IMG/VR virus record: IMGVR_UViG_3300021962_000023
Span: 32,001 to 96,000 of that record
DNA from: a virus
DNA: 64,000 nucleotides
Direction: 5' to 3' (one strand)
Shown here: piece by piece, positions 8,564 to 19,219 of the stretch
Position numbering within the stretch: position 1 is the first letter of the stretch
How the letters are laid out: each line of letters opens with the position of its first letter
Translations under genes and position numbers: made by a program
The notes under the pieces: model-generated
Database searches by the model: none
Told to the model about the DNA's origin: nothing
The model's input: the letters and a program-made list of their open reading frames with translations, nothing else

Positions 8564-9463
8564 TTAATTTATCTTATTTAATTCTTCTTGAAAGTGTGAA
8601 TAAGCAATTTGTTTAAATTCCTCTTTTCTATCAATTCTTTTTACCAAAGAATCGTAGTGTTTTCTATTTCTATAAATATAATTCTCACAAACTACATGAT
8701 TTTTTAATTTAAATTGATAAATTGCTTCACCCTTTTCATTTAGTTTTTGAATACCCCACATCAAAAATGTATCATCTGGTCCATATGCTCCCATAGATTC
8801 TGGTAGAGGAATTCTATCTAATAGAGATTTAGATAATAATGTAAACCAACCTGCTCCAAATTTTGTAGTAGGTTGACCTGGTACCATATTAAATACACTT
8901 TCTATACCAACTTCACCATATTCACCCGCATCTACAAATGGATTATTTGTTTTACAATAATCTAATGGTTTATCTAAAAATTTTTCATTAACTAAGCAAT
9001 CCCAAGTTGTATCCCAATATTTAACAATTTCAGGTGTTATAAAATATTTATCCGATATCTTTTCTTCTTCAATTGCATGAATTGCGTTTTCCATATAAAA
9101 CAAAATTCTTTCATCAAAACAAATATCAGTATCCAACCAAATAAAATGAGTTGCATCGGCACATTCTAAATGTGCATATCGTTTACATTGAAATGCTCCA
9201 ATAATCTCATCTCTAATTTGAAATGTAGATTTACCAGCCCATTCTGTTAATGATTTTAAAGAATTAAATCTATCAATAAAGAATTGTTTATCCACTTTAG
9301 AATTTTCCCAATCAAATAAATAATCCGATACTGAAAAAGAAATATAAAATTCATAATTGGCCCCATCTACATATTTTGATGTTTTATTTAAATCAACCAA
9401 TACTCTTTCCAAATCATCCAGCTCATGTGGCATTACGAATGATGTAATAACTATTTTTTTCAT
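8564..9463 (-). CDS. Glycosyltransferase-like protein, GT-A fold
   Basis: HFIWLDTDI (DxD), YGPDDTF; located in the glycan cluster. Confidence 0.6.
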   Translation of the reverse strand: MKKIVITSFVMPHELDDLERVLVDLNKTSKYVDGANYEFYISFSVSDYLFDWENSKVDKQFFIDRFNSLKSLTEWAGKSTFQIRDEIIGAFQCKRYAHLECADATHFIWLDTDICFDERILFYMENAIHAIEEEKISDKYFITPEIVKYWDTTWDCLVNEKFLDKPLDYCKTNNPFVDAGEYGEVGIESVFNMVPGQPTTKFGAGWFTLLSKSLLDRIPLPESMGAYGPDDTFLMWGIQKLNEKGEAIYQFKLKNHVVCENYIYRNRKHYDSLVKRIDRKEEFKQIAYSHFQEELNKIN

Positions 9464-10251
9464 TTGTATTTATTTTCTATTAACTTTTTAAGTTCTTCAT
9501 TTCTATCATATTGATGAACTAATGTGTACAATTCTCCAATATCCGTTTTAACATCATTTCCTTCTATCGTTGGTAATTTTTCAGTATATGGCAATGTATC
9601 ACCATTTTTTAATGTTAAATGCAATTGAGCAGCAAACCCCTCTTGTTGTTTTACAAATTGAACCTTATCTTTAAATTGATTCAAATGAATAAGAATATTA
9701 TATGCCGCCTGGTCTGCTAATTGTTCTGGATTAGAAGTAGTCAAACTCCATCTATAAATGTCAATAAATAAATCTCTTATAGCATCTCTCTTACCAACAA
9801 TGGTTCCAGCGCAATGTATTTCTTCATGTTGTAACCACTCCCATTCCATAGGAAATGATGTACCTGCATTTAATCTTGCCCAAGCCTCATCTCCAAATTT
9901 TAAAGATTCACTAAATGCAAGAATATCTTTATTCATATGGTTATTCAACCATTCAGTTGGGTCTTTTTGAAATACAATATCTTTTACATCTACCCAAATA
10001 ACTACATCAGTTTCATATTGATGTAGGACCTGATACATATCTCTAAATCTTTGTAAAATGATATGTTGTTGTGGTTCTGATTGTATTAATAACCATCCTT
10101 TATTCGTAAGATAATCGATTGTATCTTGTGTAATCTCATACACCAACATCAATTTATCTCCACTAAACCCACTTTGCTCTATTGATTCAACAAATGGTTT
10201 AATTTGTTCTACTCCATATTTGGTTATACAACCTACTATCGTATATTTCAT
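9460..10251 (-). CDS. Glycosyltransferase-like protein, GT-A fold
   Basis: RF..Y, VIWVDVKDIVFQKDP, DQAAYN, VHQYDR. Likely start is MKYTIV at 10251. Confidence 0.6.
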   Translation of the reverse strand: MKYTIVGCITKYGVEQIKPFVESIEQSGFSGDKLMLVYEITQDTIDYLTNKGWLLIQSEPQQHIILQRFRDMYQVLHQYETDVVIWVDVKDIVFQKDPTEWLNNHMNKDILAFSESLKFGDEAWARLNAGTSFPMEWEWLQHEEIHCAGTIVGKRDAIRDLFIDIYRWSLTTSNPEQLADQAAYNILIHLNQFKDKVQFVKQQEGFAAQLHLTLKNGDTLPYTEKLPTIEGNDVKTDIGELYTLVHQYDRNEELKKLIENKYK

Positions 10252-10991
10252 CGTTTTCCGTATTTTTGCCAATCATTATGCATAAACAAACCTTCACCAT
10301 GTGCTACTCCGTAGTTTTGTTGAACCCACCATTTACCAATGTTTCCTTCCAATGCAATACCATCTCCTGCAAATTGATTCACAATATCTAAATAAAATTG
10401 TTTTTTATATAAACAAGGGTTGTTTGTCCAATTACCATATCGAGAATTAGTCAAAAAGTATTCTCCAAATTGTCCAATATGTTCTGGAAAAGATTCTTTA
10501 GGATTACACCAATGAACTGAATCTAAAAGATGTGGCGATGTTGCTCCTATTTCCTCATCGTAATAAGTTAATTCATTTCCTTGATGTCTGAATGAGAAAT
10601 GTGGAAACCCTGGATTCTTTCTATGTCTATATCTAACCACATCTACACTACCATCTAATAATTCTAATCCAGATGATAATCTATCATATGCAGTTTCTTT
10701 ATTTTCAATTAAATTCCAATCGTGTTCTAAAACTAATACATTATCGGTTTGTGAATTTTCAGTTAATTTGATAAATGCTTTACCAATACCAATGTTGCTA
10801 GTTTCGCCAATAAAATCTAATCCAAAGTGTTTAGCTATTTCATAATCTTGCATACTAAACTCCTGAAATAAAATGGTAACATCGTTTGTAATATCAAACA
10901 ATCCGTTTTCATAATAAGTTGTCAATGTATCTACCAATACTTGCCCACTATTCCAAGCTAATATTCCAATACTAATTGGTAATTTTTGCAT
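10248..10991 (-). CDS. GT2-like glycosyltransferase
   Basis: ISIGILAWNS, NIGIGKA, VLVLEHDW, WTNNPCLY. Confidence 0.6.
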   Translation of the reverse strand: MQKLPISIGILAWNSGQVLVDTLTTYYENGLFDITNDVTILFQEFSMQDYEIAKHFGLDFIGETSNIGIGKAFIKLTENSQTDNVLVLEHDWNLIENKETAYDRLSSGLELLDGSVDVVRYRHRKNPGFPHFSFRHQGNELTYYDEEIGATSPHLLDSVHWCNPKESFPEHIGQFGEYFLTNSRYGNWTNNPCLYKKQFYLDIVNQFAGDGIALEGNIGKWWVQQNYGVAHGEGLFMHNDWQKYGKR

Positions 10992-11619
10992 TTCTTAAAT
11001 AATTTATAAAGTTATTGTAATCTTCTTTCTTTATTTCATCCCAAATAGGTTCATCGGAAGTTGTACTCATTTCAGTATCAACTTTAAAATTACGCAATAC
11101 TGCTTTTGACGATGGGTTTACATCTTTTATAAAATTATCCCCATACCATATTTTTATATTGTTTGGAATTTCTATCCAATTCGTTCTATTCAACATAATA
11201 AAACAACCCCACCCCCAATCATTTACACCAGGCTGCCATACATCTAAATAAGGTCCTCTTTCTTCATCGATATTCCCCCTATAATTTCCTTCCCCCATTC
11301 CGATAATCCCATATTGATTTAATATATCATTTGTAATTAAACCAAAAATATTTGGGTCAAAATTTATATCATCGTTTAATAATGCTATGGATTCATTCTT
11401 AGCTAATTCAATTCCCAAATTCCATGCAGGATTTACATAAATGTTTTTACCAAATGAAACATGTCTAACTTTTTCTACTTTTCCATCCAATACATCTGTC
11501 AATTGATTATTTATTACAATAATCTCATCTACATATTCACACTCATTTAAATCTGAAAGTAGTTTTTTTGTTCTGTTTGATTTCCAAAGTGTTGGAATTA
11601 CTATTGAGAATTTGCCCAT
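10972..11619 (-). CDS. GT2 glycosyltransferase
   Basis: FSIVIPTLW, IIVINN, NIYVNPAWN.G, ALLNDDI, WYGDNF. Confidence 0.8.
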   Translation of the reverse strand: MGKFSIVIPTLWKSNRTKKLLSDLNECEYVDEIIVINNQLTDVLDGKVEKVRHVSFGKNIYVNPAWNLGIELAKNESIALLNDDINFDPNIFGLITNDILNQYGIIGMGEGNYRGNIDEERGPYLDVWQPGVNDWGWGCFIMLNRTNWIEIPNNIKIWYGDNFIKDVNPSSKAVLRNFKVDTEMSTTSDEPIWDEIKKEDYNNFINYLRNAKITN

Positions 11620-12194
11620 TGTAAGAATTGTTCTGGTGATATAATATTTAACATTCTCCACTTATTCATAGAATAGTGATAATATGATTTATAGTTATCG
11701 GTTGTTTCGTATGGGATATTTGTTCCCCTACGAATGATTCCACAGCCGTAATCAGTATCAACTACTTTAATATCTAAAACAATACTTTCAACTCTCAACT
11801 CCGCAATTGCTTTCCACACATCACCAGTCCATTCTCCACCATGGTCATCTCTTTCTTGCATCTTTTCAGTTGTTGGTAAACAATCGTGACAAACAATAGT
11901 TCCATTATCTGATAAATGGTTTAAGGAATTTTCAATATCCTTTAATACTTGGTCTGAATGATGTAATCCATCTATAAAGATTATATCAAATTTTGCATTT
12001 TCATCTATTGATTCAAAATATTCATCTGATGTTCCAACGAATGTAACCTCCCCTCGTGGAAATGGGTCAATCGATACTTTACATTCCGTATTTATTAAAT
12101 CAAAATTGGATGATGGGTCTTGCGTTCCAACTTCTAAATAAGATTTATATCCATATTTTTGGATTAAACTATTGATTATATCTGTTCTTTTCAT
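11601..12194 (-). CDS. Class I SAM-dependent methyltransferase (Methyltransf_24-like)
   Basis: YLEVG, SIDP, FDIIFIDGLH, GTIVCHD. Confidence 0.85.
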   Translation of the reverse strand: MKRTDIINSLIQKYGYKSYLEVGTQDPSSNFDLINTECKVSIDPFPRGEVTFVGTSDEYFESIDENAKFDIIFIDGLHHSDQVLKDIENSLNHLSDNGTIVCHDCLPTTEKMQERDDHGGEWTGDVWKAIAELRVESIVLDIKVVDTDYGCGIIRRGTNIPYETTDNYKSYYHYSMNKWRMLNIISPEQFLQWANSQ

Positions 12195-12712
12195 TATATA
12201 TTATTTAATCTTTCTAAATCATTTGAACAAAGTATATCAGAAATTTCATCTATTTTACTTTCTTCCATATCCCACCATTTTAATTCTAAAAGTTTATTAA
12301 TAACTTCATCACTAAATCTTTTACGAATTTGTTTAGCAGGATTTCCACCTACTATTGTATATGGTGGAACATCTTTTGTTACCACACTATATGCAGCGAT
12401 AACTGCCCCATCACCAATTTTAACACCACTCATAATAACTGCATTTGTTGCAATCCATACATCATTACCAATTGTTACATCTCCCTTTGTTGCAGGATGT
12501 CCGTGGTCTCGTTTTACTTTTGGGAATAAAGATTCTTTTATATGGCCAAATGGATATGTAGTAAACCAATCTATTCTATGATTTGCTCCTAAAAATACAG
12601 TAACACCTTCTGCTATTGAGCAAAATTTACCAATTCGTAAAGTTTTACCTTCACCTCCATGTATAATTTTTATACCATCATGTCCGTAAGTATTACTTCC
12701 TACTTCTTTCAT
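12194..12712 (-). CDS. CatB/Vat-like hexapeptide-repeat O-acetyltransferase (probably acting on sugars)
   Basis: IGKFCSIA, NH..W.TTYPF, VTIGNDVWIA, IGDGAVIAA.SVVTKDVPPY.IVGGNPAK.IRKRF. Confidence 0.85.
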   Translation of the reverse strand: MKEVGSNTYGHDGIKIIHGGEGKTLRIGKFCSIAEGVTVFLGANHRIDWFTTYPFGHIKESLFPKVKRDHGHPATKGDVTIGNDVWIATNAVIMSGVKIGDGAVIAAYSVVTKDVPPYTIVGGNPAKQIRKRFSDEVINKLLELKWWDMEESKIDEISDILCSNDLERLNNI

Positions 12713-13565
12713 ATGCCGATATTAATTTATCTACTAACTGAATTTGTGTATAATTGTGCAACACTTTCATCATACCATTGTGTGCGATTCTTTCCCTCTC
12801 CTCTTCGTTTTCATTGTAGTAGTTCATCTTTTCTATACAATCAAACATTTCATCGTAGTACACAATATCCTCTCCATCTATGAACATTTCAGAAAGACCT
12901 GTTGATTCATCTAATCTATCGGTTAGAACCATCTTACCGCAAGCCATTCCTTCAAATATTCTACGAGTGATTTCTTTCCATCTACTATTCTGAATAACCA
13001 TTAAACCGGTATTCAAAAACTCCGTATGTTCTTTAGCTCCTAATCCATTGCGATTGCCAACTGCTCCTTCTGCCCAATGTGTTAAGTAATCTAAAAATGA
13101 AGAATTACCAATACCTCTCGTTGTAACTGCTACATGCTTTGGTTCTAAATTCATAGGAAATTGAACTTGTGTATCTGCGAAGTGATTTATCCACTCAGCA
13201 TTTATACCCATACTTTTGTATGCTTCCGCACATTGTTTATCCGGTGTAATTGTGAAATGAAATCTATTTGCTTTTGGTGAATTTCTTTCAAAGTTTTGTG
13301 GGTCATCTCCACTTTCTTGTATCCAAAATGAATTTGGTTTTAAATCTTTATTTAGATAAGGAGAATCAAATCTACCCCAATCTAAAAACATAATAATTGT
13401 AGGTTCTTTAGGTCCTTCTACGAATTGTTTAAGTAATCCATCACCATCTGCAATAGAAACTATATCAGTTTCCCAACCTCTTTCTTTGAATTCATTGAGA
13501 ATAGCTAATGGCATACACCATTCTTCTCCTTTGTAATCAAATATAAATGTTATACTATTTTGCAT
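12693..13565 (-). CDS. Glycosyltransferase, Glyco_trans_1_2/CgeB-like
   Basis: RIFEGMACGKMVLTD, F.DGEDIVYYD, ERERIA.NG..KVL..YT. Confidence 0.75.
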   Translation of the reverse strand: MQNSITFIFDYKGEEWCMPLAILNEFKERGWETDIVSIADGDGLLKQFVEGPKEPTIIMFLDWGRFDSPYLNKDLKPNSFWIQESGDDPQNFERNSPKANRFHFTITPDKQCAEAYKSMGINAEWINHFADTQVQFPMNLEPKHVAVTTRGIGNSSFLDYLTHWAEGAVGNRNGLGAKEHTEFLNTGLMVIQNSRWKEITRRIFEGMACGKMVLTDRLDESTGLSEMFIDGEDIVYYDEMFDCIEKMNYYNENEEERERIAHNGMMKVLHNYTQIQLVDKLISAYERSRK

Positions 13566-14187
13566 AATCTTCTCTTTTAAAATTTATAGAATAATTATCC
13601 TGCGGTTCTACATCATATGGAGAATATGGTTTCCAATTTTTACCAGATTGAACAAATTTTATTTCAGCATTAAATCTATTCTTCTTCATACCGATTGTAT
13701 CAATTGTTCTGGCATAATCACCTCTCATCCACCAAAAATTACCTGAATAAAAGAATCCATAGAAAAGTATTCCATATGTATTAAATTCGGTTTTTTCAAA
13801 TAATCTAAATACATCATATACTTTTTCAATATTAAAATAATTCATAACATGTCTCCATGTTATTATATTTTGATATTTTTCATCATTTTGTTTAGATGCG
13901 CCTTTAGTATGAAGATACAAAATATAATCGGAATCTCCAAATTTTTCTTTATCTTTTTCTAATAAATCCAATGTAACAAATTCATGCCCCATTGCCCTAA
14001 TATCTCTTATCAATCGTTTGTCTAAGATATCCAATACATTGGAAATAGATTTATTTTCATCGGCTATTGAAATTCCAATATTCAATCTATATGGAAAATC
14101 AAAATGCGTTTTGATAAGATTTAATTGCTCATCTATTATAGATTCAACACCATCCACTGCGTATATGTGATAATATATGTGAACCAT
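13555..14187 (-). CDS. Hypothetical protein of a phage glycosyltransferase-like family
   Basis: YILYLHTKG, WR..M.Y, FYSGNFWW, RFNAE.F. Confidence 0.5.
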   Translation of the reverse strand: MVHIYYHIYAVDGVESIIDEQLNLIKTHFDFPYRLNIGISIADENKSISNVLDILDKRLIRDIRAMGHEFVTLDLLEKDKEKFGDSDYILYLHTKGASKQNDEKYQNIITWRHVMNYFNIEKVYDVFRLFEKTEFNTYGILFYGFFYSGNFWWMRGDYARTIDTIGMKKNRFNAEIKFVQSGKNWKPYSPYDVEPQDNYSINFKREDYAK

Positions 14188-14810
14188 TATAAAGTATCGT
14201 AGTAGTTATTCTGACGCTCTTGTCTTTCGATTGTTTTTGGATGTATAATACAATATATTTCATCCATAGGAAAATTAGTATATGATTCAAATCCTACGAT
14301 TCTTTCATGTACTTTACCACTCCATCCTATTTTATCAGAATTTTTATAGATACGAGTTTGAACATCAGGAAAGTTTACCCATCCTTTTTCATTCACATTC
14401 CAACCCCATTTTTGAATATGTGATTGTGTTAATCCTTCAACGGTATTAATACGAGGAACTACAATCATATCTTTATCGATATTTGCATCTAATAAAGCTT
14501 CCATATTTACAATCAAATCCGGTGTTAAATATTCATCAGCATCTAACTGAAATATCCACTCACCTTTACATTGTGAGTTTAATAAGTTCTTCCATTGTGC
14601 AAAATCATTATCGAATTCAGATTCAATTAATGTAATGTGGTCTGCGTTCGCTTGTAATTCTAAATACTCTAATAATTCGATAGGTGCTTTGGGTGTATCC
14701 AATAGAACTACGATTTCAGAATTTTCTTCTTTGTAGTTTAATAACTGATTAACCAAACGAATGGTTTCATCGACTTCATTACAAGCCGTTATTGCGTAAC
14801 TTAATTTCAT
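14187..14810 (-). CDS. GT2 glycosyltransferase
   Basis: LSYAITACNE, DFAQWKN, GEWIFQLDADE, PD.Q.RI. Confidence 0.8.
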   Translation of the reverse strand: MKLSYAITACNEVDETIRLVNQLLNYKEENSEIVVLLDTPKAPIELLEYLELQANADHITLIESEFDNDFAQWKNLLNSQCKGEWIFQLDADEYLTPDLIVNMEALLDANIDKDMIVVPRINTVEGLTQSHIQKWGWNVNEKGWVNFPDVQTRIYKNSDKIGWSGKVHERIVGFESYTNFPMDEIYCIIHPKTIERQERQNNYYDTL

Positions 14811-15642
14811 TTAAATATTCTTTTAATTGGTCTTTTGGTTGCCATCCCAATCTATTTAAGGCATCATCATTAATTCTAATAGTTTCTCTATAATTACCTT
14901 TTACATCATCTACATATCTAATTGGATGCGGTGCGAACCAACTAGCTACTTCATTTAAAGAGTAATTGTGACCCGTTCCTAATTCCCAAGCATCTTCATG
15001 CTTTTCATTACTTTCTGCGATTCTGATTAATCCATCTACAATATCATCAATATGTGTAAAATCTCTCCTTTGCTTACCATCTCCGTGAATTAGAATAGGA
15101 GTACCATTTTTTACAGCTGCCCTCCATAATCCAATTACAGCCGCCATATGAGAGTCTACCAACTCACCGGGCCCATAAACATTATAAAACCTAACTATCT
15201 CCGCATTTAACCCATATACCCCTTTAAACATCTTTATCCACTCCTCTCCCATATGTTTACTCATTGCATAGGGTGATAACATTGGATTGTGATGACGAGA
15301 TGATGAACCTGCGTAAATTAATTTAGATTTATTGTGGTATGCGTATTCAACAACCTGTTTTGTACCATCCACATTTACTGAAAATGTTAGCGTTGGATTT
15401 TTAAATGATGGTTGAATTCTACTTAATGCTCCCAAATGAAAAATATAATCATATGGTGTATTTTTAATATTATCCATTGCTCTAATATCTCCACCCAAAA
15501 ATTTTACATATGGGGAAACTTTAGCTTCAGAACCAATTGATAAATTATCAATTACATGAACTTCATAACCTCTTTTAAGTAATTCAGCTGAAAGAGCATA
15601 TCCAACAAATCCAGCTCCACCCGTAACCAATACTTTTTTCAT
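14779..15642 (-). CDS. NAD-dependent epimerase/dehydratase
   Basis: VLVTGGAGFVG, YxxxK (YAMSK), RFYNVYGP, GDGKQRRDFTHIDD. Confidence 0.92.
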   Translation of the reverse strand: MKKVLVTGGAGFVGYALSAELLKRGYEVHVIDNLSIGSEAKVSPYVKFLGGDIRAMDNIKNTPYDYIFHLGALSRIQPSFKNPTLTFSVNVDGTKQVVEYAYHNKSKLIYAGSSSRHHNPMLSPYAMSKHMGEEWIKMFKGVYGLNAEIVRFYNVYGPGELVDSHMAAVIGLWRAAVKNGTPILIHGDGKQRRDFTHIDDIVDGLIRIAESNEKHEDAWELGTGHNYSLNEVASWFAPHPIRYVDDVKGNYRETIRINDDALNRLGWQPKDQLKEYLNEIKLRNNGL

Positions 15643-15878
15643 TAATCTTCTTTTTCCTTTTTTATAACTTCATCAGCACCACCGGTTGTATATGGTGGTC
15701 TATATGTTGAATTAGTATAATTCCAATTAGAAGTAATTGGTGATTCGAGAATTAATGTTTTATCCTCTACTTCTGCTAATTTATCTTTTAGTATATCCCA
15801 TTGCTTTGGGGTAATATTGAATTCATGCACTCCTTCTGAAAATCCTCTTAACCAAAGGACAAATTCTTTTGATGTCAT
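15642..15878 (-). CDS. Hypothetical protein
   Basis: ORF abutting its neighbours on the coding strand. Confidence 0.55.
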   Translation of the reverse strand: MTSKEFVLWLRGFSEGVHEFNITPKQWDILKDKLAEVEDKTLILESPITSNWNYTNSTYRPPYTTGGADEVIKKEKED

Positions 15879-15880
15879 AA

Positions 15881-16354
15881 CTATTTATTTTTTAATTGTG
15901 ATTTCACATCTATATTATGTATAATTACTTTTTTTGGAGTAAGTTCATTTACATCCATATTTAATTCTACAACATTTCCCAATCCACTTAACTTATATGT
16001 TCTATATGAATCATTTGTTATAATTGGTACTTTACTAACTACTTTTTCATAAAATGCCTTAGCTCCACCTTTCATTTGCAATGATTCTTCTTCTTCATTT
16101 ACAAATTTACCAAAAAACTTTTTTATTAAATCAGGTCTAACATTTGATACTTTTACAGCATGTACTACATCTTTTATTTTAGATACAAATAGTGTGAATA
16201 TAATGGGAGCATCTGATTCTGTATATTTACCCTTAGTACCATCCACATATTCATACTCTTTGATTAAATAAAATCGGCTTCTAACCATATTAGTAGGAAC
16301 AATTTTATTTTTACCATCGATGTATCTACGATATATGGGATTATAGCTGCTCAT
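15881..16354 (-). CDS. Hypothetical protein (weak resemblance to T4 gp2 DNA end protector)
   Basis: FY..Y..PIIF..YRTY pattern; assignment uncertain. Confidence 0.35.
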   Translation of the reverse strand: MSSYNPIYRRYIDGKNKIVPTNMVRSRFYLIKEYEYVDGTKGKYTESDAPIIFTLFVSKIKDVVHAVKVSNVRPDLIKKFFGKFVNEEEESLQMKGGAKAFYEKVVSKVPIITNDSYRTYKLSGLGNVVELNMDVNELTPKKVIIHNIDVKSQLKNK

Positions 16355-17622
16355 TATTTATTTAACATTTTCAATTTAGGTAACTGAAGTTGTTGAAACT
16401 TTGGTTGTACTTTAGTATAAATACCATACTGATTTAAAATAATATTAAATCCTTCGGTCATTTTTTCTAAACTAAAATTCTGTCTATTGTGTTTTGCTAA
16501 TTTAGTTGAATCAGGCAAATACTTACTATAATTTTTATAAACATCTTTGATTATCGGCAATGCTTTTGAAACATTTACATTAAACCATTGTGATTCTTTT
16601 AGTAAGAATTGGTCAGCTGCCGATTCGTGTACATTTTTCAATTCACCTTCCAACAACACTGCTCCACTTTTTAAGAAATCCAAATGCCCACTCCAATTAG
16701 ATACAATTACAGGCTTACCTGTCAAACTGAATTCCAATAGTGGTCTACCAAATCCTTCACCTTTTGTAAAGTTTAACATAGCTTTTACTTTTGGATGTTC
16801 GTATAATCCGTTCATTTGAGATGGAGTTAAATCACCATGCAATAAATAAACCGGAACTTGTCCATAATCTTTACCCAATACCTCTCTAATTTTCTTAATA
16901 GTGTTTTCTCTATCAATTACACTAAATCCTGCTGAAGATGTTTTTAAAATTAATGCGGGTTTAACCTTTTCTTTTTTGAATGCAGTTGCAAATGTTTTAA
17001 TCATCATTCCCACATTCTTTCTATCTTCACCCAAATCACCTCTCAACCAGTGTCCTACAAATAGAAATGCGAAATCTTCTTTAATTGTATCCAATTCAGA
17101 AATACTTGCAACTACTTCAGTTCCAAAATCATTTTCATCAAATCCTTCAAAAAGAACTTCAACTGGTTTTTGTATTTTATGTTGTCCAATTAATTGACCT
17201 GTTTTTTTATCTTGCTCATTATAAACAGTTTTAACTAAACTATCTTTTGAATGCTCGGATGGAACAATAATTAAATCCATTCTATTACATCCGTGAATCC
17301 AATCTAATGCGCAATGTGTAGTTTCAATTGCGGCTGTTATACCAATGTTATAGAATCCCAATGGCTGAAATTCGTTTGGTACAGTAACCTGAATATAGAT
17401 ATCCGGCTTAGTTTCTATTTTTGGAATAATATTATCCACTACCCATTTATGAAATTCGTTATCATAATTCAATGCATCCATTGGAGTCATACCCCATCGT
17501 GTACTGATAACTTTAATATCAAATTTATCTAATTTATAAAGAGAATGTAATAAATCTCTCGCGTGGTCACCATATCCACTTCTTGTTGCTACCGGTGCCT
17601 GAAATACTAATGTTGGTTTCAT
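16354..17622 (-). CDS. GT4-type (GT-B) glycosyltransferase
   Basis: SGYG..AR, FLFVG.W, RKNVG, TKGEGFGRPLLEFSLTGKPVI. Confidence 0.85.
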   Translation of the reverse strand: MKPTLVFQAPVATRSGYGDHARDLLHSLYKLDKFDIKVISTRWGMTPMDALNYDNEFHKWVVDNIIPKIETKPDIYIQVTVPNEFQPLGFYNIGITAAIETTHCALDWIHGCNRMDLIIVPSEHSKDSLVKTVYNEQDKKTGQLIGQHKIQKPVEVLFEGFDENDFGTEVVASISELDTIKEDFAFLFVGHWLRGDLGEDRKNVGMMIKTFATAFKKEKVKPALILKTSSAGFSVIDRENTIKKIREVLGKDYGQVPVYLLHGDLTPSQMNGLYEHPKVKAMLNFTKGEGFGRPLLEFSLTGKPVIVSNWSGHLDFLKSGAVLLEGELKNVHESAADQFLLKESQWFNVNVSKALPIIKDVYKNYSKYLPDSTKLAKHNRQNFSLEKMTEGFNIILNQYGIYTKVQPKFQQLQLPKLKMLNK

Positions 17623-17623
17623 A

Positions 17624-19006
17624 CTATAACTCTATTAACTTAAATTTTTGTTTTGGTTTCCAATTTGTAAATGCCCCTTCCATTCCCTCAACTAATGCCT
17701 CACACATCGCTTCTTTACTCAATCCTCCTTCTGCTAAGAAATGATTTCTACCTTTTAATCCTGCAGATTTTCGTTCTTCTCTTCCAACTCTATACCAATC
17801 CATAATCAATGGTGATACATCTTCAAAATCAACTCTATCATCAAAGATATATGGAGTAGGAACTGAACCCGTTGTTGAACGAACTGGCCAAATTGGTTTA
17901 ACCCAATCTCCCCAAACTACACCTGCTTTTTTATGTCTATCGTGTAATGACCCAATTTCCACATAATCTTCTGCGGTTAATAATTTACCCGTACCTTTAT
18001 CTCTGAATCCACATTGGTCTTGTAATCCACCAGTCACATTTACAATGATAGGTGTTCCCGCCATTACCGATTCTGCGGTTGCTAATCCAAACCCTTCATT
18101 GGAAGCAATATTAATTGTAACATCAGCTATATTATAGAAATAATTTAATTGTTCTTCTGTATATTTGTTTGGTGCAAATATCACATTTGTTTCTGGTAAA
18201 CAACATTCTGCAATAGTTCTCGGTAAATCTGTCCCATGCTCTTGAACCGGTTCGGTGTGCATCAATAAACATACTTTATCTCTATCTTCGGGAGCCAATG
18301 CTTCTACAAACTTATCAAATGCTAATATAACATCAATTGGTTGTTTTCTACGAATGTTTCTATTATTCCAATAAAGAACAAATTCATACTCTTTATCGCC
18401 AAATATAGATTGTTTAAATTCTTTTGGAACTTCTACTGGTTTATACAAATCCGAATTGATACCATGTGGTACATAGCTCACTTGCCAATCAGCCGGTTTA
18501 GTCCAATGTTTTTCTTTATCCCAACTCCAAACTCGTTTAGTAATACCATAAGTTTGTTTTGAAATAGTTCCAATCCAATCACAACTTTCGTAATAATCTC
18601 TATTGTATTTTGGGTCTGGCAAATCATCCCAAATATGATAAAAGAAAAGAGGAACTGATTGTCTAACTTCATGCTCCATTTCATATAACCAAATCCAATA
18701 TCTTGGGTCTGTAAAGTGTAAGATTGCATCCGGCTTTTCCATCATCAATAATTGACGAATGATATCGGCATTACCATACCCATCGGATGGATATATTTTT
18801 ACTTCAGCATCCTTTACCCCAGTTTGCTCTCTTACGCTATCATTCAAATCTAAAATTTTCCCAGCTTCAGGGTGTTTAATTGCTGCACCTAATTGTACCC
18901 AATCGTATCTATCAACAGTTCCCATAACTAATTGTTTGGAAACATTGGCAATACCACTTGTCATTCTTAGGTCATCGGAAAGTAAGAGAATTTTCTTTTT
19001 TGCCAT
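17624..19006 (-). CDS. GT4-type (GT-B) glycosyltransferase
   Basis: NRNIRRKQ, ASNEGFGLATAESVMAGTPII. Confidence 0.85.
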   Translation of the reverse strand: MAKKKILLLSDDLRMTSGIANVSKQLVMGTVDRYDWVQLGAAIKHPEAGKILDLNDSVREQTGVKDAEVKIYPSDGYGNADIIRQLLMMEKPDAILHFTDPRYWIWLYEMEHEVRQSVPLFFYHIWDDLPDPKYNRDYYESCDWIGTISKQTYGITKRVWSWDKEKHWTKPADWQVSYVPHGINSDLYKPVEVPKEFKQSIFGDKEYEFVLYWNNRNIRRKQPIDVILAFDKFVEALAPEDRDKVCLLMHTEPVQEHGTDLPRTIAECCLPETNVIFAPNKYTEEQLNYFYNIADVTINIASNEGFGLATAESVMAGTPIIVNVTGGLQDQCGFRDKGTGKLLTAEDYVEIGSLHDRHKKAGVVWGDWVKPIWPVRSTTGSVPTPYIFDDRVDFEDVSPLIMDWYRVGREERKSAGLKGRNHFLAEGGLSKEAMCEALVEGMEGAFTNWKPKQKFKLIEL

Positions 19007-19021
19007 AACTTTTTTTGTTTC

Positions 19022-19219
19022 TTAAAATTGTGAACCACTTACTTGTAGTATAGTGTATTCGTTTAATTGTTTTCTAAATTTTTCATTTTTAGTGTAAAGG
19101 TCTAAACTTCTATTAACGAGTTTTTGAAAATTAATACCACCTTGTATTGCGGATATTTTAAAATCTTCATCGTATAACTTTTGTATAACCTTAACAGTTG
19201 TTAATTTTAAATCTGCCAT
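19022..19219 (-). CDS. Small ribbon-helix-helix-like DNA-binding protein
   Basis: LTTVKV alternating strand followed by two helices (NFQKLVNRSLDLY). Start MAD at 19219. Confidence 0.45.
   Translation of the reverse strand: MADLKLTTVKVIQKLYDEDFKISAIQGGINFQKLVNRSLDLYTKNEKFRKQLNEYTILQVSGSQF

Noticed and set aside
12194-12712. Antibiotic-resistance gene (catB/vat)
   Set aside because: The hexapeptide fold is shared with sugar O-acetyltransferases, and the gene sits among glycosyltransferases with no mobile-element context.
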